From the NCBI GenBank assembly GCA_041661385.1, contig JBAZUP010000001.1, positions 209,692 through 273,691 on the forward strand: a stretch of 64,000 nucleotides of DNA, written 5' to 3'. The position numbers and the translations under genes are program-made. Of the stretch, positions 46,656 to 57,008 are shown piece after piece; the stretch's first letter is position 1; each line of letters opens with the position of its first letter. The notes beneath the pieces are model-generated. The model had not been told where the DNA came from. It did no database searches and saw only the letters and a program-made list of their open reading frames with translations. The stretch comes from Patescibacteria group bacterium. GTDB lineage: Bacteria; Patescibacteriota; Patescibacteriia; Magasanikbacterales; GWA2-37-8.

Positions 46656-48341
46656 TTATGCTAGTACTTCGGTGTGATCATGGCTGTGAGAAACTCGCAA
46701 ATCGCATCCCAATTTTTTTAAGGCGACTGATGTGTGCGGGAATACTCTACCTTCTTTTTCCAATCTATTAAAATGATGACTCTGACGCAATATTACCATC
46801 GAAAAAACATTTGTACCAGTAACATAAACTTTTTTATCTTGCTTTTCCAAAACTTCTACTATTTCGTCAAATGCATCAACCCCATCAAGATCAATAAAAT
46901 ATAATTCGCGCAAACGAAGAACTACATTCTCAACTCCACCCAAATCAGTTTCAAATCTAGAAATATGCGCCTGGCCATCCACATAAGTCAAATGACCCTT
47001 AATTGAGTAAACCAAGGTATGAGATTTTTCGGATATTTCTTCAATATCACAACCATGATAATGGCACGACACCGTATTCTCATCATCATTAACAACCATA
47101 TCAAATTGGCCTTTTGAAAGAGTGTCGAGGAAAATAATGAGCGATATCGCCGCACCAACCATAATACCAATTATTGGATCTTCATAAACGGTAATAGTTG
47201 CGACAATCATAGCAACGGCAAAACTTTTTTTATCAACATGCCACATCCTTTCTAAATGTTCACGCTCAACCATTTTAATAGCAACCATCGTTAAAATAGC
47301 AGCAATTACCGGTAAGGGTAAATATTTAAAATATGTTAAAAAGAATATTGAAATAACCGCTACCATAACAGAACTTACAAATGCCGAGGATCGATGAGTT
47401 GCTCCGCTTTTTATATTGAGCGCAGTACGCGCAAGTGCCGCCGTACTAGGAATTCCTCCCATAAAACCACAAACAATATTGGCAAGACCGAGACCGAACA
47501 TTTCTTTTCGTTTATCATGTTTAGTTTTGGTCATGCCGTCGGCAATCTTGGCCGATAACATTGTTTCGAGAATAGCAATAAGAGCGACGGTAAAAGCAGT
47601 AACAATAAGTGTGCGATTAAAACCGCCCACAAATGAAACTGATAAAAAAATTTTGGGAGCAATATCTGAATACCGCGAACCAAGCGTGGCAATTGTAATA
47701 GGAATAAATTTTGCTGTTGATAGATAACCTAAAACCATACCAAACGGCGCAACAATAGTTGCAGGTGGAAGTTGAGGAATAGAATGAAAGCGTTTTATTA
47801 ATCTTTCGATAACAAACATGGCGCCTAAAAATAGTGCAAATGTTATAAGCGCGACCCAGGAAACCGAACCAACGTGACGAATCGATTCAATCAAATTTTC
47901 AATAAATCGTTCGTGCGGCGGCAACCCTGATAAACCAAAAGCAAAATTAAAATTATTAAAAGCAATGATGAACGCGACGCCAAGCGTAAAACCCTGAATA
48001 GTATTAGCTGGAATATAAATTAAATATCGTTCAAGTTTTAACATCCAGGCAATTAAAATTAGTGCGCCAGCTGCCATCGCTAGAAGACCAAATTTATCCG
48101 GACCGTTGATAAATGCGAAAGTTGCTAAAATTCCTGAAAGAGCCCCGGTCGGACCAACGATATTAAAATTACTACCACCAAAAATACTGGCAAAAAGACC
48201 TGCCCAAATCGCCGTAATAATGCCTTGAGTTGGTGAAGCTCCAGCCGCGACCGCAAGAGAAATTGATAATGGAATAGCGACCAAAGATACCGTTAACCCG
48301 GATTTCCAGTTAAACCTGAGCTTTAAAAAAAATTCTTTCAT
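46656..48341 (-). CDS. SulP family anion transporter with STAS domain
   Basis: GLTVSLVAIPLSI, IVGPTGA, LGLANI, STAS FIDLDG. Confidence 0.92.
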   Translation of the reverse strand: MKEFFLKLRFNWKSGLTVSLVAIPLSISLAVAAGASPTQGIITAIWAGLFASIFGGSNFNIVGPTGALSGILATFAFINGPDKFGLLAMAAGALILIAWMLKLERYLIYIPANTIQGFTLGVAFIIAFNNFNFAFGLSGLPPHERFIENLIESIRHVGSVSWVALITFALFLGAMFVIERLIKRFHSIPQLPPATIVAPFGMVLGYLSTAKFIPITIATLGSRYSDIAPKIFLSVSFVGGFNRTLIVTAFTVALIAILETMLSAKIADGMTKTKHDKRKEMFGLGLANIVCGFMGGIPSTAALARTALNIKSGATHRSSAFVSSVMVAVISIFFLTYFKYLPLPVIAAILTMVAIKMVEREHLERMWHVDKKSFAVAMIVATITVYEDPIIGIMVGAAISLIIFLDTLSKGQFDMVVNDDENTVSCHYHGCDIEEISEKSHTLVYSIKGHLTYVDGQAHISRFETDLGGVENVVLRLRELYFIDLDGVDAFDEIVEVLEKQDKKVYVTGTNVFSMVILRQSHHFNRLEKEGRVFPHTSVALKKLGCDLRVSHSHDHTEVLA

Positions 48342-48479
48342 AGAATTTCGCTAATTAATGAGAAAAAGAAGAATTTATATGGCAATAGTATACGCCCATC
48401 ATTATTAATCGTCAATCGATATTGTGGAAAACCTTAATATTACTAAAAACACCCTACTTAGGGTGTTCTACGGTACAGC

Positions 48480-49070
48480 TTAAAGCTTAATAATTTCTGG
48501 CAATAATTCCCTAAAATCTGAGATAATTTTCAAAGGATTCCCCTTTTCTAGCCGGGTTCGATCGTGAAAGCCAAAGTCGACAGCAATAGTATTGAGCCCA
48601 GCTTTGTTCGCTTCCAAAATATCACCCAAAGTATCGGTAACAAAAATACTGTTGTGCTTAGCGATTCCGTACTCATTTTTTAGAGCATTAAACTTTTCAA
48701 TTTTTGACCGATGGGTTTCCACGCCAAGAACTTTTTTGAAAATATGAATAATATTATTATTTTCAAAATATTCATTTAAAATTAATTCTGAATTAGAACT
48801 AACGATAAATAACTCAAACTTATTTTTAATTTTTAAAAGCTCTTCTCGAATATGCTTCTCAATTTGTAAATCTTTAAATGCCTTGACTGATAGATCAATA
48901 AACTCTTTGGAATTTTGTTCATTAATTTTTTCATGTAAATATAAATTACCATTAAACATGTCCTTGTATTCTTCTACTGTGAACCCGTGAATTTGCTGAC
49001 TAATCGGATAAACCAAATCAAAGGTATCATGAATTACCCCGTCAAAATCAAATATTATCGACTTAAGCAT
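48480..49070 (-). CDS. HAD-family hydrolase
   Basis: FDFDGVIHD, VSSN, K, FVTDTLGDI..A. Confidence 0.88.
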   Translation of the reverse strand: MLKSIIFDFDGVIHDTFDLVYPISQQIHGFTVEEYKDMFNGNLYLHEKINEQNSKEFIDLSVKAFKDLQIEKHIREELLKIKNKFELFIVSSNSELILNEYFENNNIIHIFKKVLGVETHRSKIEKFNALKNEYGIAKHNSIFVTDTLGDILEANKAGLNTIAVDFGFHDRTRLEKGNPLKIISDFRELLPEIIKL

Positions 49071-49071
49071 T

Positions 49072-50439
49072 TTATTCTCTGGGTTCAACATGAACAATTA
49101 CATTGTCGACATTACTGATGTTTTCTTTAATCATCAGTTTATATCGTCTGGCGACATTATGCGATGCCTCAATTGTTTCATTAGCATCGGCATAGCAATG
49201 TAATGTAATAAACATTTTGGCACCGATTTTTCTGACCAAAATATTATGAGGATCCTTAATAATTTTTAATCCCAATATCAAATCTGCGACTCGTTTTTTT
49301 ATATTTTCCACCTCTTCAGTCGGAAGTTTTTCACTGGTTGCCTCCTTCACAAGAAGCGGATCAACATGCGTATTTAATTCCACATCAAGTCCGACTTCAT
49401 TTTGAACATCTTTTTCCAGATGTTTTACAATTTTGTTCGCTTCGCCGACTGTGAGGCTACTCGGCAGTTCGAGGTCATAACTGACAAATTTTTTATCGCT
49501 TAAATTATCGATAACGATATTATGAACCGAGTGGCCATGTTTTGATGAAATTGTCCGAATAATATCTACCATCGTTTCATCTTTAAGCTGAATCGGTTTT
49601 GTGTGTACAACTATATCCGCGCCGGGAATTTTATCCTGTACGGCTTGCTTGGCTTTTTTTACGACTTCATCAACTTTAATGATTGAAAATCCCCGATTAA
49701 TTCCAACTTCAATTTCAATCGACACCGATGGACCGAGCGGTCTAACCCGAACTTTTTCCACATTAATTATCCCATCAATTTTTCCAACAATTTCTTTTAC
49801 AATATCGGTTATTCCTTCGGGGGCGGTATCGATAAGCACCGCAATCGTTCTTTTTCCAAGCCGGTACCCGGCAAACATCACGAAAAAAGATACTCCTATC
49901 GCGGCAAAAGTGTCGGCTCCTTTAACACCAATAAATACCAAAGCTAAACCAATCAAAACAACTGCCGAACTCCAGATATCCGAACTAAAATGCAAAGCAT
50001 CCGCTTCGAGCGCCTGACTATTTGTTTCTTTGGCAATTTTACTGAGTGCCCGGGAGCGAGAAATATCTATAATAATTGAAATAATTATTACCGCAAAAGC
50101 ATACCAGGTAATTTCCACTTCGGTATTTTTTGTTACAAGCCGGTGAACCGCTTCATATATAATCCAAGCACTAGTCAAAAATAAAAGACCGGTTTCAATG
50201 AGGGCGGAAACACTTTCAATTTTACCATGACCAAAAGGATGGTCGTCGTCGGCCGGTTTGTCGCTGACTTTTACTGCGAACAAAGTTAGTCCGGCTGCGC
50301 CAAGGTCGAGAGCGGAATGGGCGGCTTCAGAAATAATACCCATACTGCCGGTCATAATACCGACAACAAATTTCATGATAGTCATTCCTGCGCTCGCGAG
50401 AACTGAACTTAGAGCAACGGATTCTTTTTTATTCATCAT
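49072..50439 (-). CDS. Cation diffusion facilitator with repeated C-terminal dimerization domains
   Basis: HSALD, HPFGHGKIE, HFSSD; three C-terminal units ending VHTKP, THVDP, VHVEP. Confidence 0.9.
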   Translation of the reverse strand: MMNKKESVALSSVLASAGMTIMKFVVGIMTGSMGIISEAAHSALDLGAAGLTLFAVKVSDKPADDDHPFGHGKIESVSALIETGLLFLTSAWIIYEAVHRLVTKNTEVEITWYAFAVIIISIIIDISRSRALSKIAKETNSQALEADALHFSSDIWSSAVVLIGLALVFIGVKGADTFAAIGVSFFVMFAGYRLGKRTIAVLIDTAPEGITDIVKEIVGKIDGIINVEKVRVRPLGPSVSIEIEVGINRGFSIIKVDEVVKKAKQAVQDKIPGADIVVHTKPIQLKDETMVDIIRTISSKHGHSVHNIVIDNLSDKKFVSYDLELPSSLTVGEANKIVKHLEKDVQNEVGLDVELNTHVDPLLVKEATSEKLPTEEVENIKKRVADLILGLKIIKDPHNILVRKIGAKMFITLHCYADANETIEASHNVARRYKLMIKENISNVDNVIVHVEPRE

Positions 50440-50452
50440 AAATTAGTTTGAA

Positions 50453-50980
50453 TCAGCGATTGCTCAAATTTTCAAATAATAACTTTGCCACCTTATTATG
50501 TGACTTCCACCCTATAATTGGCATATGATTTATTGGAAACCAGCGAATGTCTTTATTTTCCTCTGAATCATTATTAATAAGCGACCCAACATAATTATTA
50601 ACCTTATAAAAAATACTAAAATGTCCAGGGGATCTCGGATCATCTGATGTTTGCAATAAAAGAAAGTATTGATATTCTACCACCTTTAATCCAGTCTCTT
50701 CTTTAACCTCTCGAATTAAAGTCTCTTCCGGGTGTTCACCGTAATCAACAAATCCAGATGGAAACACCCACGTATCTTTATAAGGATCCCGTCCACGTTT
50801 TACCATAAGTACGTTTCCATCATTGACTATTATAGCACCGACTGCAGATGCTACATGAGGATAGTATATCCACTTACAATCAGTGCACCATTGCCTCGCT
50901 TTAGATTCTTCAATCTTCTTTTTTAAGGCTTTGCCACAATATGGACAAAATTTATATATTCTAGAATTTATAGTTATCAT
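50453..50980 (-). CDS. NUDIX hydrolase with N-terminal zinc ribbon
   Basis: FCPYCG...CTDC; GFVDYGEHPEETLIREVKEETGL. Confidence 0.9.
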   Translation of the reverse strand: MITINSRIYKFCPYCGKALKKKIEESKARQWCTDCKWIYYPHVASAVGAIIVNDGNVLMVKRGRDPYKDTWVFPSGFVDYGEHPEETLIREVKEETGLKVVEYQYFLLLQTSDDPRSPGHFSIFYKVNNYVGSLINNDSEENKDIRWFPINHMPIIGWKSHNKVAKLLFENLSNR

Positions 50981-51046
50981 ATTAATTTCTTTATTTGTTA
51001 ATTCAACTTTGCACAAAATGTTTTTTTGATAAATACTACATTAAAA

Positions 51047-52234
51047 TTAAGCAAAATTTTGATCAATAATATTAGCAACCCTCTTCTGGTAATTTTCAAC
51101 TATTTTTTGCTGATTACCAGATGCCTCGTTTGATCCCCTAGCAAGCACAGTGGGGCGGCCTTGACCGGCTAAAACTTTTGATGCTGATGAAGTAGTTATA
51201 ACCCTGGGAAGAATATCAAATCGAACGGTATCGCACCCATAAGAAAATGATAAATTGATCATTCCAGCAAAACCTTTAGTGAGCCACGCTTCGTTAGCAG
51301 ATTTCATATTACGAAAATCAATACCGGCGGGCTGCTTAATATTTTTAGAGAGATAGTATAATAACTCATTTGATTCGGAAGATAACCACTCTTGATTACC
51401 CTTGATATATTCACGTATTAAAGCAGTGCGCTCATCTTCTATTCTAGGAATATATCTGTTAGTTAAACGATCGGTGTGTTTATCTGTAAATATATTCTCA
51501 ACTTGAGCGTATTCTTCTTGCATATCATGATATAAGGCCTTAATATCGGGGAATGTATTAAAAATATTTTCCTTATTATTCAACTGTAAAGATACATACC
51601 CATGCTGCATGTCGACCTCTTGTGATGCGAGAAAATTATTAAATAATTTTTGTTTTTTAATTGAATTCGCAACAAAATCCCTATATAATGGCGCGAATGG
51701 TTCTACAACGCTAAGCCGCTTAAACCAATTTAAATCCTTCCATGAAACTGGCGTTCTACAAGTTTCAACTTCATTATCCCTTGAAACATATATATGGGAG
51801 TGGAGTTTTGTTTGTATCGAATGCTGACCTGGTAAATTATCTTCAACATTATAACCTATAGATACATTTATTTCTCTACTATCAGCATCAAGTGTCTCTT
51901 GAGCAATTTTAGAATTTACTTTTAAAAACAACAATCCTTCATCGTCTTCAAGATCTTCAATAGTTTTTACTATTCTATCATCATTCCCAACGAACATATT
52001 AATGTCCTGGAATGTCCATGATGGAGATTTGGAGGTAAGTATATATTCTAGCCCTGTTCTTGGATGTTTTATCGTGCGCAATGGTTGAAGTCGTTCTTTG
52101 AACTCGCGCCAGGAAAGCTCATTAGCTTCTTCTTGAGAAATTATATCAGGATAATATTTCGGAGTTTCCATAGACCCAACCGACAAAGTCCTCCCCTTTA
52201 AAATTGATCTTAAAAAAGGATTTTTTTCAGACAT
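51047..52234 (-). CDS. Hypothetical protein with divergent HIT/GalT-like motif
   Basis: SIGYNV...GQHSIQTKLHSHIY resembles the HIT N..GQ.v.HxHxH segment. Confidence 0.55.
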   Translation of the reverse strand: MSEKNPFLRSILKGRTLSVGSMETPKYYPDIISQEEANELSWREFKERLQPLRTIKHPRTGLEYILTSKSPSWTFQDINMFVGNDDRIVKTIEDLEDDEGLLFLKVNSKIAQETLDADSREINVSIGYNVEDNLPGQHSIQTKLHSHIYVSRDNEVETCRTPVSWKDLNWFKRLSVVEPFAPLYRDFVANSIKKQKLFNNFLASQEVDMQHGYVSLQLNNKENIFNTFPDIKALYHDMQEEYAQVENIFTDKHTDRLTNRYIPRIEDERTALIREYIKGNQEWLSSESNELLYYLSKNIKQPAGIDFRNMKSANEAWLTKGFAGMINLSFSYGCDTVRFDILPRVITTSSASKVLAGQGRPTVLARGSNEASGNQQKIVENYQKRVANIIDQNFA

Positions 52235-52346
52235 ATAATTTTGAAATGCTATTTCATTGTGCTACAAAACGCCTTATGAGGCATCCTATTGAAATCTAGA
52301 TACAAAATTGAAGCACTTTAGTCATCCTATAAATAGACACTATTCC

Positions 52347-52387
52347 GAGAGAGGTTCGAACTTTCGAGGCATTTGACGCCCTACACG
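52347..52387 (-). repeat. Degenerate copy of the 3' half of tRNA-Ser (att-like remnant)
   Basis: 36/41 identity to 52438-52478. Confidence 0.8.
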
Positions 52388-52431
52388 ACCCCAGGGATTC
52401 CTGCGAGACTTTTTAGATTTAACTTACAAGG

Positions 52432-52519
52432 CGGAGAGTGAGAGATTCGAACTCTCGAGGGATTTGACTCCCTACACGCTTTCCAAGCGTGCGCACTAGA
52501 CCAACTATGCGAACTCTCC
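52432..52519 (-). tRNA. tRNA-Ser (anticodon GGA)
   Basis: GGAGAGT/ACTCTCC acceptor, CACGC-TTGGAAA-GCGTG anticodon arm, long variable arm, TTCGAAT; CCA not encoded. Confidence 0.95.
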
Positions 52520-52522
52520 ACT

Positions 52523-53317
52523 CTATAAATTATCTCTCTTTTTAAATACCTGCCTGATTCTATCAGAAAAGATGGTCCCAGTCAATATTAATACAATGAT
52601 AATCATCCCCCATTGCGCTGCGGTAAGATGTAAATATCTTGGATCGCTATCTACCAAATCCGTCGCTCTTAAAAAATCTAAAAAGAATCGCCCGACAGCA
52701 TAAATCATGAACGAGTAAACCGAAACAATTCCCCAACGTTTAGAAATTAATTTATTAAATAATTTATAAAAAATCCCAAAAATTACAAAAACAAACAATG
52801 ATTCCAGTAAGCCCAGATCAAAACGGCTACCGTAAGGAAATTTTACTGCCAAAAAAGAATTCGACAGAATCCCAACATGATCATGTATAAGAAAACAACC
52901 AATTCTTCCAATTCCTTGACCCAAGAAATAACTAATCGCCATAATGTCTAAATATGGCCAAAAATCAATCATTTTAAAATGGCGAAGTTTTGCAAATAAA
53001 TAAATGGCTACCGCGGCGCCAAAAAAACCCCCAAGTGATGACTGTCCACCCTGCCAAAACTTAAGAATTTCGGACGGGTGAATAACGTAAAAATCAAAAT
53101 TATAAAAAACCACATGAAAAATCCTGGCAAAAAATATGGCTGATACCAGAACCCAAATAACAAGATCCAAAAAAACATCCTCGGACAAAAGATATTTTTT
53201 TGTTAGTTTACGGCCCAAAGTGACCGCACAAATAATGCCCGTCGCGACTAGTAAGCCCCAAACATGGATTGTTAAAAATCCAACAACGAAATAATTAAAT
53301 TGAAAATAAGGAATCAT
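52523..53317 (-). CDS. lgt: Prolipoprotein diacylglyceryl transferase
   Basis: ARIFHV, WQGGQSSLGG, IGRIGCF, GRFFLDFLR. Confidence 0.88.
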   Translation of the reverse strand: MIPYFQFNYFVVGFLTIHVWGLLVATGIICAVTLGRKLTKKYLLSEDVFLDLVIWVLVSAIFFARIFHVVFYNFDFYVIHPSEILKFWQGGQSSLGGFFGAAVAIYLFAKLRHFKMIDFWPYLDIMAISYFLGQGIGRIGCFLIHDHVGILSNSFLAVKFPYGSRFDLGLLESLFVFVIFGIFYKLFNKLISKRWGIVSVYSFMIYAVGRFFLDFLRATDLVDSDPRYLHLTAAQWGMIIIVLILTGTIFSDRIRQVFKKRDNL

Positions 53318-53320
53318 ACA

Positions 53321-54691
53321 TTATGATTTCATATGCTTTACAATGTCCGACGGTTCATCAATTATCTTAATTAACAATTCATCTGGAGCGGAAATTGTTT
53401 TAAATTCTACATTTAAGTTGTGAATTATATCAAGCAATGGTTTCCAATATTCTTTTCCATATAACAAAATCGGCATAACTTCCATTTTCTTTGTTTCCTG
53501 CAGAGTTAAAAGCTCAAAAAGTTGATGCAAAGTGCCGAATCCGCCCGGAAAAAAAACAAAAAAATCAGACGGCGCGGTAATTATTAGTTTGCGGACAAAA
53601 GGAAAGAAAAAACCTTTTGATTTTGTAATATAATTATTAACCCGTTCCTTGCCATTCAATTGCATCGTAATACCGATACTCTCACCACCGAGTTCAAAAG
53701 CGCCCTTACTTGCAGCTTCCATAATACCAGGACCGCCGCCGGTAATAACCGTATATTTATTTTCTGCCAAAACCTTACCAACATTATAAGCTGCCTCGTA
53801 GTATGGTGAACCAGGCAAACAACTTTTGGTGCCGAGGAGGGTGACATTTTTATCAATTCTAGTCAAAAATTCAAAACCTTCAACCAACTCTGCCATAATT
53901 CGAAAAACTCGCCAATCAGTCGTACCTTCTTGGCAGAGCGGATTATGCGAATCGTTATCACAGACATTTGGTCGGTCAGTAATATCCTTTATGAGGTCAT
54001 AAGCTTCTTCCGCGGTTTCGACGATGTGCCAATGATTCATTTCACTGCTAGAAATAGAATGGACTTCTTCAACCGCGCGTTCACGCAAAAAATTTATAAT
54101 CGGCTCCCAATATTCTCTTCCGACCAAAACAATTGGCGCTTTATCCATGAAACCCATTTCCATATAATCCACCACTTCAAAAAATTCATCTAAGGTTCCA
54201 TAACCCCCAGGGAAAAAAACAAAAGCATTACCAGGAGAAGTAAGCATTACTTTTCTGGTAAAAAAATAATAAAAAGCGACCGCTTTTTTCACATAAGGAT
54301 TAATACGCTGTTCCATCGGTAATTGAATGTTGAGGCCGACCGATTCACCGCCAACTTCAAACGCGCCTTTGTTGGCCGCTTCCATAATACCGGGACCGCC
54401 GCCGGTAATGGTGGTAAAACCATTTTTTCCAAGCAGTCTGCCCAAATCCTCGGCTATTTTGTAATACTTATTGTTTGAAGGGATGCGCGCAGAACCAAGG
54501 ACGATAACTTCTTTAACAAGTTCACTTAAAAATTGATAACCTTCAACCATTTCAGTAACAATTCGAAAAATTCGCCAACTATCACGGTAATTTACCGCCG
54601 CGCCAGTAGTCTCCATATGATGGTGCACCTTGAGCGGACTTTCGTTATTGTGCGTGGCGTCATTATTATTTTTCTGATTTTTATCCGCCAT
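53321..54691 (-). CDS. Tandem LOG-family (TIGR00730-like) nucleotide phosphoribohydrolase
   Basis: Two repeats with ITGGGPGIMEAA; PGGYGTLDE and PGGFGTLHQ. Confidence 0.88.
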   Translation of the reverse strand: MADKNQKNNNDATHNNESPLKVHHHMETTGAAVNYRDSWRIFRIVTEMVEGYQFLSELVKEVIVLGSARIPSNNKYYKIAEDLGRLLGKNGFTTITGGGPGIMEAANKGAFEVGGESVGLNIQLPMEQRINPYVKKAVAFYYFFTRKVMLTSPGNAFVFFPGGYGTLDEFFEVVDYMEMGFMDKAPIVLVGREYWEPIINFLRERAVEEVHSISSSEMNHWHIVETAEEAYDLIKDITDRPNVCDNDSHNPLCQEGTTDWRVFRIMAELVEGFEFLTRIDKNVTLLGTKSCLPGSPYYEAAYNVGKVLAENKYTVITGGGPGIMEAASKGAFELGGESIGITMQLNGKERVNNYITKSKGFFFPFVRKLIITAPSDFFVFFPGGFGTLHQLFELLTLQETKKMEVMPILLYGKEYWKPLLDIIHNLNVEFKTISAPDELLIKIIDEPSDIVKHMKS

Positions 54692-54700
54692 AAAAAAATT

Positions 54701-56128
54701 TTAAACCTTGGTAAAAGCAAAACCAATATTCATTATTTCTCCTTCGTTTAACCGAGGACCAATAATTTGAATACCAACTGGTAAATTATTTTTGTTTTTT
54801 CCAGCTGGCACAGAAATTGCCGGCATTCCCGCTACGGCAGCGGGTCCAACCATTACATCCGCAAGATACATAGCAAGCGGATCGTTTGATTTTTCACCCA
54901 GTCCAAAAGCTGGAAACGGAGAAGTTGGCGTGATTAAAGCGTCAACTTCCTTAAAAACATTATCAAAATCCCGACGAATAAGAGTACGAACCTGCTGAGC
55001 CTTTTTATAATAAGCGTCATAATATCCCGCGGATAATGCATAGGTACCGATAAGAATACGGCGCTTTACTTCTTCGGGAAAACCATTTTTTCGTGATTCA
55101 GAATAAATCTGATATAAATTTTTATCCCCCACTCGTACTCCATACCGGATACCATCGAGCCGCCCCAGATTTGAACTATCTTCGCAGGGAACGATTATAT
55201 AATAAACTGCTGTTGAATATTTGGTATGCGGCAGACTAACTTCTTTTATTTTACAGCCGAGCTTTTTTAATTTTTCTATTGCCTTCATGGTAATTTCTTT
55301 CACTTCCGGATCAATACCTTCAATTTCAAAATATTCTTTTGGCAAACCAAGCGTTAACTTTTTAAGATCTTTGGACAAAAATTTATCATAATTTGGAACA
55401 GCATCCGGAACCGTGGTCGCATCAAGCGGATCCTGACCGGCAATCACTTGCATTACAATGGCCATATCCTCGACGGTTTTGGTAATGGGGCCAACAGTAT
55501 CAAGTGATGATGCCATGGGCATAATTCCAAAACGAGAATTACGGCCATAACTCGGTCGCAGCCCAACCACACCACAAAAACTTGCCGGCTGACGAATCGA
55601 ACCGCCGGTGTCTTCAGCAACAGAATATAAACATTGATTGTCCGCAACTGCCGCAGCTGAACCGCCCGATGACCCGCCGGCAACCTTGCTTAAATCTGCC
55701 GGATTTCGCACTGGACCGTACATGCTGTTTTCATTGCTAGCGCCATGACCAAATGAGTCACAATTGTTTTTTCCGACCAAAACCCCGCCTGCCTCCCTTA
55801 TTTTCTTGATGACAGTTGCTTCAAAAGGTGAAATATAATTATCCAAAATTTTTGCCGAACCAGTGGAACGAATTCCCATGGTATTAATTGCATCCTTTAC
55901 TGAAAAAGGTATACCCGTAAGCGGGCTCGCCTTGCCGTCGGCAATCATTTTATCGGCATTCTTAGCATCAACAATAGCACTCTCTTCGCAGACAGTAATA
56001 AAAGCGTTTATCTCAACATTTCGTTCTTTAATTCGTTTAAGACACGCTTCTGTAAGATCTACCGAAGTAAACTTTCCGGCTCGAAGACCTTCCGCCGCCT
56101 CTTTAATTGTCAGTTCATTTAATAACAT
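54701..56128 (-). CDS. gatA: Asp-tRNA(Asn)/Glu-tRNA(Gln) amidotransferase subunit A
   Basis: KD, GGSSGGSAAAV, DTGGSIRQPA, RRILIGTYALSAGYYDAYY. Confidence 0.96.
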   Translation of the reverse strand: MLLNELTIKEAAEGLRAGKFTSVDLTEACLKRIKERNVEINAFITVCEESAIVDAKNADKMIADGKASPLTGIPFSVKDAINTMGIRSTGSAKILDNYISPFEATVIKKIREAGGVLVGKNNCDSFGHGASNENSMYGPVRNPADLSKVAGGSSGGSAAAVADNQCLYSVAEDTGGSIRQPASFCGVVGLRPSYGRNSRFGIMPMASSLDTVGPITKTVEDMAIVMQVIAGQDPLDATTVPDAVPNYDKFLSKDLKKLTLGLPKEYFEIEGIDPEVKEITMKAIEKLKKLGCKIKEVSLPHTKYSTAVYYIIVPCEDSSNLGRLDGIRYGVRVGDKNLYQIYSESRKNGFPEEVKRRILIGTYALSAGYYDAYYKKAQQVRTLIRRDFDNVFKEVDALITPTSPFPAFGLGEKSNDPLAMYLADVMVGPAAVAGMPAISVPAGKNKNNLPVGIQIIGPRLNEGEIMNIGFAFTKV

Positions 56129-56129
56129 A

Positions 56130-56420
56130 CTAATCTTCAAAAACTTCAGGAACAACCAATTCATTTAATTCTGTCATCGGCATTTGGCCAAGTATTTTTT
56201 CCTGACGCCCTGAATTTCGCGATATGTCATCACGAAAAACATCCGTGAGGCCGGTAACCTGAGAAGTGATTTCAATTCCGTCAGTATTTACCTCGTTTAA
56301 TATTGTCATGTAATCTAAAACAACAGAAATGGTTTCTGTGTAGCGCTTTTCTTCTTCTGGAGAAAGACCAATGCGCGCAAGTGATGCAATTTTTTTTACT
56401 TCAGCAATTGATAAAGCCAT
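56130..56420 (-). CDS. gatC: Amidotransferase subunit C
   Basis: EVKKIASLARI, LNEVNTDGIE, FRDD, VPEV; directly upstream of gatA. Confidence 0.92.
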   Translation of the reverse strand: MALSIAEVKKIASLARIGLSPEEEKRYTETISVVLDYMTILNEVNTDGIEITSQVTGLTDVFRDDISRNSGRQEKILGQMPMTELNELVVPEVFED

Positions 56421-56582
56421 ATTTAAATGAGTGAACGAAATGAATCCATAACTCTGAAAACGAATGAAAATATATGGGACGAAATCCATATATTTATACT
56501 TCGCCAGTATATCATATATTTTAGGGCTTAGGCAAGAGAAAAATACTTGAATAATTCAGTTAAATGCTGTATAAATTGAGAT

Positions 56583-57008
56583 ATGAAAATTATCGTAAAA
56601 AACGAAAAAGAAACTATTTCAGAAGGTATAAAATTTAGCAGCCTGCTTACCGGCGGGATGATTTTATGTTTGCATGGTGAATTAGGCTCCGGAAAAACGA
56701 CTTTTACAAAAGGGTTGGCAAAAGGCCTGGGAATAAATATTGAAATTAAAAGCCCGACTTTTACTTTGATGAATATTTACAAAATTTCGAATAAGAAAAT
56801 TAAAACCCTCATTCATATCGATACATATCGATTAAAAAATGAACACGAATTAATAGAAATTGGCGCTGAAGATTATTTAGGTAATCCAGATACGATTACG
56901 ATTATTGAATGGCCGGAAAAAATAAAAACGCTTTTGATTAAAAAAAATGTGGCTGATATATATTTCAGCCACACTGCCAATGGTTTTAGGGAAATTACTT
57001 TTAACTAA
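56583..57008 (+). CDS. tsaE: tRNA t6A biosynthesis ATPase TsaE
   Basis: GELGSGKTT, SPTF, HIDTYRL, IIEWP. Confidence 0.95.
   Translation: MKIIVKNEKETISEGIKFSSLLTGGMILCLHGELGSGKTTFTKGLAKGLGINIEIKSPTFTLMNIYKISNKKIKTLIHIDTYRLKNEHELIEIGAEDYLGNPDTITIIEWPEKIKTLLIKKNVADIYFSHTANGFREITFN

Noticed and set aside
49601-50017. 138-aa + strand ORF, and similar short antisense ORFs across the window
   Set aside because: Lie wholly opposite well-supported genes; shadow ORFs
40700-52430. Intact prophage or integrative element
   Set aside because: No integrase, phage or conjugation genes and no distal att copy seen
56425-56495. Short ACGAA(A)T repeats and an ATATATGG/CCATATAT hairpin upstream of gatC
   Set aside because: Too short and AT-rich to separate from chance; no T-box features
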